Assembly (NCBI GenBank): GCA_002633005.1
Contig: NMRA01000015.1
Span: 1,844,200 to 1,908,199 of the forward strand
DNA from: Phoronis australis
Taxonomy: Eukaryota; Animalia; Phoronida
DNA length: 64,000 nt
Reading direction: 5' to 3'
The translations under genes were made by a program, and so were the position numbers. Shown here piece after piece: positions 54,201-64,000 of this stretch. Within the stretch, counting starts at the first letter, position 1. Each line of letters begins with the position of its first letter. The notes under the pieces are model-generated. The model saw only the letters and a program-made list of their open reading frames with translations, was not told the DNA's origin and ran no database searches.

Positions 54201-57200
54201 TTTATCTTGGCATTGACTCAATGCAACATGGTAATGTCATTGCCTGTACATTGTACATTATATCCACATTTATTTCAGTTGAAGGTTGAGATGAAACAGA
54301 TGGCAGTGAAGAGACGTCAACAGCAGCTGCCTCACGCTCAAGGTGCACCATCCACGTCATCTCTGTCCACCGATGATCCGCCCTTATCAGATGTCACAGC
54401 CATGCACACAACTGAGGTCGCTTTCAATGCACCAAGCTCAGAGACTCCCACCCATGCACTGCAGCACCCTCCAGTGGTCACTGTTACTTATATTACAACA
54501 GCGACTCAGGTGGCTCCAAGTATCTCAAGCGTTGGTACACAGACTTACACTGACATGGTTACAACTGGTACTCAAGTGTCTCCAGAAATGCTTACGATTG
54601 GTACACAAACCAATGTCATTAGTAAGTGAATCACTATTTTGTAGTACAACTTTTTCAGATTGCTTTTGCATTCATTTTCAGTTCATGATGTTAATTGGGT
54701 TTACCTTTCATGTTATTGTATACAACTGTTTTAGAACATTGCCTGATGTTTTTATTTACATCATGTCACCATTGTTATAATTTTGTGCTGTAATTGATTA
54801 CATACATATCTATTTATTTTCCAATGTGGCATTCTATATTAGTTCAATAGTATTTCAACACATGATGTTATCCATCACCTCATAGCATACCCAGTATAAC
54901 AATTATTTTTTACTTCATGAGTTGCCACAAAAATGGAATTATTACGCTCATTTTAAAGTATATTTATTTTGTTTCATCAGAAGCTGATATGGAGGAATAC
55001 GAGCAGCAGCAAGAAAACAGGCAAACTGCTGCTGTGGCACAATCAAGCTCTCCTCCACAGCCATCCACTTCACGTAAAAGTTCTTCCAGCTCTGTAGATG
55101 ACTCTGGATCTTCTTACATTCCGAGCTCCTCAGATGTGGAATCCAGCCCAGAAAAAATGAAGAGGTATATAATGGTAGTTATTTGATAACCCTGGATTCT
55201 TATTGTCCTACAGCGTACGAGGAAATTGTTGCCTTTGGTATGCTCTTGTGTATTCTAGCCATGTTTTCTTCTGCTTAGGTGTTCCTTATTGATACATTGA
55301 CTTACACCAGACACCAGTGTTGGCTGTCTCTTGTTGTGTAAGATTACTGAGTTCAAATATGAAGTCGTAATATACACACCTGAACATTTTTCGGTGGCTG
55401 AACTTTTTTTAAGTACTGTTGTGCTTTTTTTAAGTACTGGGCTTGTGTGCACTAAGCTATAGTGGGATAGAAATTCTGAGCTGTGGATTCCATATAATTA
55501 TGATGGGCCGGTTGCTGCAGTACTGTCATTTGTGTATTTGTGCTATTGGAGCTGTACGATTCTTGAATATGTTACTCTTTTTTAGACCATCGAGAATAAA
55601 GCAGGAAAAGTACTTGGCAAAAGATGACGACAGAATCCTCTTGGTTTTTGAGTCCATGCTGTTACAGTTATTGTCATTTTGCATGACATGCAGACGGAGG
55701 GCAACACCCCAGTTGATCAAGTTTATCGGCACCATGGTTGTGATCCATCAGGTGTGCTCTCAATCAAACTGCCCAGGATACACTTGGTCCTCACAGCCAA
55801 GTATAGACCAGCTGCCTCTTGGAAACATTCTGTTGTCACTATCAATTCTTTGTGCTGGCAGTTCAGCATCCAAAACCCTGAGGGTTTTAAAATTCATGGG
55901 CGTGAAAGCCTATCACTACTCGACGTTTTATCGCCACCAAAAAATGTATCTCAACGGCGCCATCATGAGAGTTTGGGAAACACAGCAGGCCGAGCTCCTG
56001 AGAACCCTGGGTGATGACGTGCTTCTGGGTGGTGATGCCCGTTGTGACAGCCCAGGACACACGGCGAAATATGGCAGCTATACTTTCATGGACTTAAAAC
56101 GGAATAAGATTGTTGCCATGGAGCTAGTACAGGTATTAAAAATTACATTGTGCTTGCATGACCTGGGTTGGATCACAAATGTGTCTATTACCTTTGCACA
56201 TGAATATTTTTCCATGGCAAATGTTTTGTTCACTGAAAAGGGATCTGTGAACTTCCGAAATGAGACTTTACTTTTCATTAACTGTACCAGGACCAGGTGG
56301 AGTCAAATGGCTAGAATTTTTATGTTCTAAAATCTCACAATTGATTGATGTTATACTTAAGATGCAAATTTTTATACGAATGTATTTTTGCTTTGATATT
56401 GCATTGAGTGGTGTTCCAATGGTAATGTTTACTCATTTCCTGTTGTTTGTGATCCTCTTGATCGGTATGTAGAGACAATCTGTGACATTGTAAGCTAAGT
56501 GGCTCAACTATCTGCTCTTACTGCTAGACTATTTCTATAATTTTAACACATAATTTAGGTGTGTTTTATACTGTCTTTTAGGTAGTCTTATCAGGTGTCA
56601 GTTTTGTACTCATTTTTGGTTTTTGCTTCATTTATTTCAGAAAAATGAAGTTGCAGGCTCCTATCACATGGAATTGGAAGGATTCAAAAGGTGCCGACTG
56701 AAGCTGTTGGACCATGTGGTTCCTCAGAGTCTGACAATTGTGACAGATCGTCACCCTTCCATTAATAAATGGATTGCAGATTACTGGGCTATTGTCAAGC
56801 ACTTCTTTGATATTTGGCATATAGCTAAAGGTACGGTGACATACAAAAAAGTTCCTGAAAATGCTTATCATTGAAGTCAAAGTTTTAGTGAGTTCTCGTC
56901 ACTTTGCATCGAATTTTTTTTTCAAGTTTTTTTATAACTTAAGTATGTTAGCCAAATTTTGGCATGATTCATCAACTGTTGTTAAAAACTACTGGAACCA
57001 TTTTTATATGATGTGTGTTGTAGTAAATTAAAGTAAGGTGGCTTTGAACATATGCTCTTGTAAAAGTTGCCTTCAATTTTGAATAAGTGGGACTACGTTC
57101 ATCCTTGCGTGGCACCCGTACTCGCCTGGGGTTGTAGCATGTAATATTGAGAAGATTCTTGTTGCATTTCACTAATTTGTGATGGCCTGTAATTTTGCAT

Positions 57201-59416
57201 TAATTTGTTGTGCCTTCCTAGGTCTGCGTAAAAAACTGGCCCCACTGAGCAAGAAGTACCCATTGGTGAAGAAGTGGGAAGATGCAATCATAAATCATGT
57301 GTACTGGTGTGGCACAGAAAGTAAGGGTGATGGTGTCCTGTGTCTAGAGATGTGGCAGAGTTTGGGAAACCACATCGTGAACATACACACTCACAAAGAC
57401 AATAGTGTGTACACTGAGTGCAGGCACGGCCCCCTTCAACCTAGGGAATGGATGACTCCAGGTATGTAAGCGTTATATTTGCCATGCTTTATATGGTGAT
57501 ACCTGAATGCTTTTCATAATGAATGGCTTTGCTTTGCTGACGTTTGGAAATGGTAGAATTGTGCTCTTATTTACACTGCCAGCTTTGCCCACTTTATTCA
57601 AGATATGCATGGAAAACCAAATGATTCCTGTAAGGTATAGTTGCGATTCAGGTTATCAAAAGGGTAGTTTGGTTTTCACTATTTGTCAATCTTGGGTGTT
57701 GCGAGAAGTTGCCAGCTAATTCAGTGTTTCTCCTGCTATTACATAGCTACTGTTTCACTCTCACTCATTCTTATTTGTTGTACAAATGAAGTCTCTTTTT
57801 TCGAAGGTTTGATGAAACCTTCATACTCGTAGTTCCAGGCCTGTAATTGTGGCATGTTATTGTTAACTACGTATTGAGTTGATTACTGTGATGGTACAAG
57901 CAGTATTATTTATACAGGGACTGCTCAATATGAAGATCTTATGAAGGTGTTGGATAACAAGCTTTTGAGGAAAGACATCTCCAGGCTTTCTCCCGTTGGC
58001 CAGACCGCATCCTTAGAAGGATTCCACTCCCTTGTGAACCAATTTGCTCCAAAAATGAAGCATTTTGGTTACTCGGGGATGAATAGCAGGTTTGTATCAT
58101 AGTCATGTATCATGGGCTCTAATAGGGACGGGTAGGGGGTCATCACTGCACCAAGGTAGTCTGGGACATTCCACTGTCTTATTGTAGCTTCAGGCTTCCC
58201 TTGTGGAAAGCTTCATTGAGCATCAATCTGTATCTTTCAAAGATATTGTGGCATAAGTTTCAGACTTTTAGGAGTTATTTTTGTCTTTTTGAACTAACGT
58301 AAATCTGTACCCTGCCTCCATATATTCCATTAAAAACATTTGAAATACTCAACAGTGCATTTGTTATGAACACTTGGTATACCATTATTTGAAATATTCT
58401 GTGCTTCGTTCATCAACACGGATCACAATAGTTTGGGTGTGCTTTTGAAGCGGCTGGGGTTCAAAGCAAACTTTTTCACATTGCATGCCTTCTTTGACAT
58501 GCCAGCATTTGAATAACACTCTTCCTTACCTGAGTGAATTCTTTCCGTTTATGTTATCTGTTGAAAAATTCTTACTGTAATATTTTTCAGGCTTTTGTTA
58601 GCAGTTCTGCACTACAACGAAAATGCTGGCAGGGCGTGTGTTGTAGACACCGATGGTAACGCCAAGTGGAGTATGGCATTTCCGCGAGGTCGTAGGGGGA
58701 AAGCTGTTGTGAGACCAATCAAGATCGACCCAACATTTGGTATTTTTAAACTGTTCTCACCATATTCTTTTGAGTTGACGCCTATGTTTGCTAAATTCTC
58801 ACTGTTTTTCGAAAGTTCACGTAATCATCGAACACAATTTTTAATTTCTCAGTTTAAGCACCCTAGGCATTCACCTGAAAAGACATGGTATATTTGTCTT
58901 GTACTTATGCAGAATTCAGTTACATTTTTAATTTAAAAACAAAATTCTCCCGAGTTACTGCATTGTTCATATGAAAGCTGATCTCATAAGACGCACGTGT
59001 TTTGAAAAGAATGCAGACTATGAATAAAGTAAAAAAACTATGGTACTTAAGTTGCACGGTTTTGATTATTAAAGTAACCTGCTTCAAAAATAAAATGGGG
59101 TTAACTCTGGTTTTGGCCTTTGCTTGAAGGTTATAAAAGTAGGCGAAAACTTCCACTTAGGTGACGTCGTGTTTAACTTAAATCATTGATTCAAAATGTT
59201 TTTTACTTTAAATTGCAGTTGTTGTGCTTTTCAGAGTATGTGAACGAAGTAAGGAAGAATACCTTACACTTGTTGCGAAATAAAAGAGAAGCCAGTGACC
59301 TCGAAATTCGTTTGGAAATTGACGCCCCTCCAATGCTGAGTGCTGGTGCTCCAGATGTGTCCAAGGAGGAGGCCGTGGCACGGATGAGGAGCCGATATCC
59401 AGACAAATTCAATTAG
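51254..59416 (+). CDS. THAP-domain DDE transposase of Kolobok type, 10 exons, ~791 aa, open reading frame intact
   Basis: Exons 51254-51501, 53690-53810, 54279-54621, 54981-55164, 55586-56132, 56641-56830, 57222-57461, 57918-58089, 58591-58739, 59235-59416 (2376 nt, phase-consistent). THAP C2CH: MVHRCVCANC...FRFP...W...ICSDHF...LKPGAVPT. Catalytic-type motifs GDARCDSPGHTAKYGSY, VTDRH, FDIWH, QTASLEGFHS..FAPK and LAVLHYNEN. Confidence 0.88.
52034..52312 (+). mobile_element. tRNA-derived SINE-like sequence in transposase intron 1, duplicated across an N join
   Basis: Pol III A-box TAGCTGAATGG at 52040-52050. B-box GGATTCGATTCC at 52082-52093 and GGTTCGATTCC at 52210-52220. No clean cloverleaf. 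The second copy follows the N at 52177. Confidence 0.55.
52403..52665. mobile_element. 263-bp MITE with ~50-bp TIRs and a 5-bp TSD
   Basis: caaggtaactaaactacacggtcaaaggactcataaacacgggc ... gcccgtgtttatgagtccactgaccatgtagtttaggtaccttg, with TACAT on both sides (52398-52402, 52666-52670). Confidence 0.8.
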
Positions 59417-60084
59417 ACTGCTTGTTTTGTCAATGGACAGTACTGATATTTCTTTCCATCACATACATGACAATGAATGATATTGGGGCATGAAAAGACT
59501 GACGACCCACACAGGTACTTTTTCGCCCCCTTACCGATGCATTATTTGGGACGGCAACAGTTTACTGCTAATCAAATAAACCTAAAAGCTATGCCACAAT
59601 ATTTATAGTCATTATATTGAAGTAACATTGAAATGTTTCAATGTTAGAACATAGTATGTCGCAGGGTTTATACAAAGCGGACAGCCATATGGCACGCTCA
59701 AAAGTGTTTCACGATTTCCAGTACTGGTACTATAAATACTCTGGCATTGCTATCTGTACAGCTTTCAAAAAAAACCCTAAAACATTGGTAGTGATGAAAA
59801 GATACATGTGTGGGTCGTCAGTCTTTTCGTGCCTGCCAATATCATTCAAATTATATGACAGAATAATCATTTGCACAGAATCCCAACTCTACTGTCTAAC
59901 ATTTTCTTGCGAGTTTTTGTGTGAGTGGTCCAAGCACTCTCCAGATTTCCCACTTCCTACACATGTGTATTATTTTGTGTGTTTTATACCATGTCATAGA
60001 CATCTGAAGCTATTTCATACTGGAGCTTTTGGGTGGAAATTCAGTAGTTTGCCATGTCATGGTAGTTGATGTCTTGTTGAATTA

Positions 60085-60221
60085 CAGTAGAACTCGGTAA
60101 GTTGGAGCCAGTGAGACAGATATTTCATCGAAGTCAAAGTTACTTGGAGGCGTTACAGGAATTAATGCATGCTAGCCTTTCTAGTTTCCACTGAAGCACT
60201 CCAATGTAACGAGTCCTACTG
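60085..60221. mobile_element. 137-bp Tc1/mariner (pogo-like) MITE with TA TSD
   Basis: TA|cagtagaactcggtaagttggag ... ctccaatgtaacgagtcctactg|TA. Confidence 0.7.
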
Positions 60222-60641
60222 TATAAGAAGAGGGCAGGAGATTCAGTCTCTACCTCAGACAATAGTCCAGATTTTTATGTAACAGCAATATTGTTGAATG
60301 TGTTCACTTGAAACTCACTAACAACTCCAGTGAGACCAATTCCTAAGTAAACCATAACTGATGTTGAGTTTAGAGGTTTATAATGTAGTTCTAGTAACAT
60401 TACACTTGTCATGACCATGTCACTATATGTTCCTGAACATCAATATATGCTACTTTCTTTGTCAATTGTTTACCATTCTGAAACCACAGAAATCCATCAT
60501 GGAATGCCAACTTCATTTTTGTACCAAAGTAGATAAGGCTACTCCCCGAGTCACAAGTTTTAGTAATAGAGTACTTAGGTAATGAGCTGGAGTTGGCATT
60601 CCAGGGCTAAGACAACTCGATATATATATACATAAATGAAA

Positions 60642-62724
60642 CTAATGAGAAAACCCTTGAAACTCAAAGTCCTCCTCATTTCCCGGTGGAGGGTAAAAAG
60701 CTCTGATGCAGGCCACTGCGCATGCTGGAATTACAACACGGACAGTTCGTCCTAGGTGACCATGCACCCATCTTTGGAACTGTCTGTAGGCTATGTGCCG
60801 CATCCTTTTATCAAAGGGTCCGTCATAGCCATCCGGATATTGGCTTTTATACTGCAACCATGCAGTCTCCAAAACATCACGATTGATGCACACAGGTTGA
60901 AAACTTCCATGGTCCACGATACATTTTTTTCTTCTGTTTAAGTTGTCCCTCTTCATTTCGTCCTCAAGTTTAGCAATAACCTTGTTGACCTCTTGACAAC
61001 ATACTCTTTCTNTTAAGTTGTCCCTCTTCATTTCTTCCTCAAGTTTAGCAATAACCTTGTTGACCTCTTGACAACTTACTCTTTCTTCAATGACTGCAGT
61101 AGTCTGACAGTTGTCACACGTGCACCTGCAAGATGTGACAATATGTATACATTACTTTAGTAAACATCAAAATGTCGAATTGAAAAAATTACTGATTTAC
61201 CAAGAGTGTCTCGGCCAAATTAATGATTGAGGGTTTGCAATGACCTCAGTTTTCGAGAAGACTGATTGTTGAGCAGCGACCTGTTTTTTTAATAATCGTG
61301 AATATTACAGTAAACATTTTAAAAAACTTCTCCATATCCGATGCCTTCTATACTCTTTAGAAACTTTACCAGACGGTTCCTTCCAAAGTCAACTCGCACC
61401 CAAGCCATGTACCAATTTTCACAAATAACAGCAACATTAAGCACATAGGCATGAAAGCATTGACTTACACAAACTAAACCTGGTTAGAAAAACGTGTGTA
61501 CATTGCTCTGGCCCTAGAGTATGAAAATGAAGTGACCTGTTTTATAACCAATGGAATTCCCTCCGGCCCCCAGGTAAGAAAGTCTAAGTTGCAAAGTTGC
61601 AATTCTTTTTTCCTCTTGTTTACACTACACAGTTGAGTATTGGGAGGTGGTTCTCATTCATTCCCATGCATANGCTGACACCTGATTCATTGATGGAGGG
61701 GTCTGTTTTGTTAATAATCGTGAATATTACAGTAAACATTTTTAAAAACTCCATATCTGATGCCTTCTATACTCTTTAGAAACTTTACCAGACAGTTCCT
61801 TACCAAGTCAACTCGCACCCAAGCCATGTACCAATTTTCACAAATAACAGCAACATTAGGTACATAGGCACGAAAGCATTGACTTACACAAACTAAAACT
61901 GGTTAGAAAAACGTGTGTACATTGCTCTGGGTCCAAGTTGACTTGGCCTTAGAGTATGAAAATGAAGTGACCTGTTGTATAACCCATGGAATTCCCTCCG
62001 TCCCCCAGGTAAGAAAGTCTAAGTTGCAAAATTGCTATTCTTTTTTCCCCTTGTTTACACTACACAGTTGAGTATTGGGAGGTGGTTCTCATTCTTTCCC
62101 ATGCATACATTTATTCACTCACTAGTAAGACTGAGCTCATAGGAGTAGGAGACAATGCCCAATTGTCTGCCAGTGAAAGCCAGGATTCGAACCCGAGTCT
62201 CACAAAGGGGCCCAAACCAATGTGCCACTGTCTACAAATAATCAAAGACCACACATTGTTGAGTGATTTGCGTAAATGCAACGAGTCCCATTTTTTATCA
62301 CTGAAACTGGTACTTATCCACGGCTGAAAAATGATTCATCAGTGGGGACGAGGGCGCCTGGGAGTGACCGGTAAAGCTACTGAACTTAAAATTAAAAAAG
62401 ACCAAGTAGTAATTCGCGGTAGTATGATGCATATTTATAATATTCTTACCAGTCACTAACATTCTGTCGCAACTCCTGCGCACCTTCTGCCCGTTGATAT
62501 TCACTGCACGAACCGGCTGGGGCTGGATCGTCGACAACCGGAGCAAGGGGATCGAGGGAAAACGGTTCTACTAAAGAGAAGGTGTGAGCACAAATTGTTC
62601 CTATGGGGTCTGTCGCCTCCTCCTCCACATCCGAAACGTCAGAATCGTCTGAACACTCCACCTGACCCTCCCTGTATCTTTCAAAATATTCTTCATCTAC
62701 GCTGCTGTACTCACTGGGATCCAT
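60642..62724 (-). CDS. KolX-like protein: Cys-rich Zn-binding domain homologous to the P2X7 cytoplasmic ballast / nanor domain, acidic N-terminus; 2 exons
   Basis: Exon 1 is 62724-62450 (MDPSEYSSVDEEY...QNVSDW) and exon 2 is 61125-60642. Motif WCTCDNC...CCQE...CIVDHGSFQPVCIN..VL...RHIAYRQFQRWVHGHLGRTVRVVIPACAVACIRAFYP...FQGF. A 75-nt in-frame duplication around the N at 61012 is probably an artefact (~227 aa without it). Confidence 0.85.
61281..62107. repeat. ~390-bp tandem duplication across the N at 61673 (KolX intron)
   Basis: 61281-61672 closely matches 61702-62107, with scattered substitutions and small indels. Confidence 0.8.
62105..62230 (-). mobile_element. Short tRNA-derived SINE-like element in the KolX intron
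   Basis: Minus strand reads GTGGCACATTGG (A-box) ... GGGTTCGAATCC (B-box), followed by a short body ending near AATAAA. Confidence 0.5.
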
Positions 62725-63194
62725 ATTGTTTCTTTGTGTTCCCCAACACCACGTCACAGATGTGTAACGAAGGAAAATGTCGCCGTTTCTATTTTCCGTT
62801 ACAACAATGGCGTTGTAACGCCACGGCAACAAATATGTAAATAACTTTTTATAGCGACGTACAGTTCAGTTAATGTTAAGAATATAGCAATGATAATTAT
62901 AAACACGAATTTAGAGCATATTGTTGTTCAGATTGGTTGAGACCTTGCAATTTACACTTTAAGTTTTATCTTAAAATTGGCTGAAAGTTAAGATTTGTCT
63001 AAGCTAAGTCAATGTTCATGGAACGGGTCCCAGCTCTTCGTCTATGGATCTCTGACGTGACTTATAACAAAGATATTATAGTTACTCCATCTTTGGTTAT
63101 AAGGCATGTATAGCGAGCAAGCTCATTCGATACAATATTTGACACTTTCCGTACATGGAAATAGACGAATTTTGTATCGAGTGAGTAGGCCTAT

Positions 63195-63617
63195 AGTCCC
63201 GTTTAGACATCAACTTTTGGCCCAGCGCAACTGACACGGAGCAAATTGACCCGTGTTAAGCGGCCGTTTACATACACAACTCACTAAACGTGGTAAGACG
63301 GAAATTGCAGGCTGGAAAGACTGGATCGCACATGCGCAGGTTTACAAATGACGAGAGTTGCAGAGACAAAGAACCCGTATGAAGGTCATTGCACAAGCGC
63401 AGTAGAGATGATCTTTTCCGCCTTTCTCCAGTTTCTCATTTAGATTTATAATTGACACGGCGCAAGATGCTCGCGCGCAAATTGCTCTACCTCACAAACG
63501 GGTGGCAAAAATTTGTCACCGCGGTGTCAATTTGCTCCGTGTCAGTCCGTTTACACACTGGAACAACTTGTTCCGTGTCAGCTGATCCGTGTCAACTTTG
63601 TAAGTGTAAACGGCACT
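63195..63617. mobile_element. 423-bp PIF/Harbinger-like MITE
   Basis: TIR agtcccgtttagaca ... tgtaaacggcact. Internal inverted segments ctgacacggagcaaattgac / gtcaatttgctccgtgtcag. 3-bp direct repeat TAT on both sides (63192-63194, 63618-63620). Confidence 0.75.
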
Positions 63618-64000
63618 TATGCGTACGAGCGTCGCCGAAAGATTTTTTTGAAGCCAACGCTTATTGGACTCTCAGTATTGCTGTAGTGAGATAAGACAAT
63701 GCAACAACTGCTAAATTAAAATTCCTGTCTTTATTTTCATTAATGACATCATACCTCCGCACTCCGTAAAATGCTGAACTGCCCGTAACGCCGCAGTTAC
63801 CGACTTGGTTTTCAGACTCTCGCGCGGCTGCTACCTGACTATGCTGACAGAATTGAAGTTGTTTACACGGAGATTTCAGTCTGAAATTCATTATTAATTT
63901 TAAATGACTGCCAGCATTCAGTATAAATGCCTGATCCTTCGCCTGTGTAACTTGCTGAACCATGAAGCACTAACACTGACGGATATTGGTGTGCAGCACA

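Larger units (their letters stand above)
51141..62757. mobile_element. Kolobok-type DNA transposon (THAP-DDE transposase + convergent KolX); minimal extent, true termini not resolved
   Basis: Two convergent genes in the arrangement typical of Kolobok, bracketed by a 25-bp inverted repeat (51141-51165 / 62733-62757). A candidate left end TTAA|GGTAAACGG at 49084-49088 has no matching right TIR in the window. Confidence 0.75.

Noticed and set aside
60642-62724. P2X7 purinoceptor gene
   Set aside because: Only the ballast-like domain is present, with no transmembrane or ectodomain exons; the context indicates a transposon accessory gene.
49088-64000. KolobokP-type long terminal direct repeats
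   Set aside because: No long direct repeat seen on both sides, and no His-Me finger nuclease ORF recognised.

Overview
This is eukaryotic (metazoan, probably marine invertebrate) genomic DNA, AT-rich, with GT-AG spliced genes, so most entries in the ORF track are exon fragments or noise. Exons were assembled by hand with phase checks. Host genes in order: NDUFAF4 (+, 3 exons); UFL1 (-, 15 exons, ~776 aa), tail-to-tail with NDUFAF4; an uncharacterised ~500-aa gene (+) that shares a ~120-bp bidirectional promoter with UFL1; and TEX11/ZIP4 (-, 20 exons visible, 5' exons not found in the window). Upstream of the last visible TEX11 exon, probably within a very large TEX11 intron, are an orphan 192-aa acidic ORF and the most notable object. 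That object is an apparently intact two-gene Kolobok-type DNA transposon: a 10-exon THAP + DDE transposase (~791 aa) convergent with a Cys-rich KolX/P2X7-ballast-like gene. Both genes are preceded by the same 25-bp motif in inverted orientation, and their introns carry nested MITEs and SINEs. The window also has many MITEs, minisatellites (one amplifying a TEX11 splice donor), CTCF-like motifs, and single-N joins with flanking duplications that look like haplotype-merge artefacts. Family assignments come from recalled motifs, not database searches.
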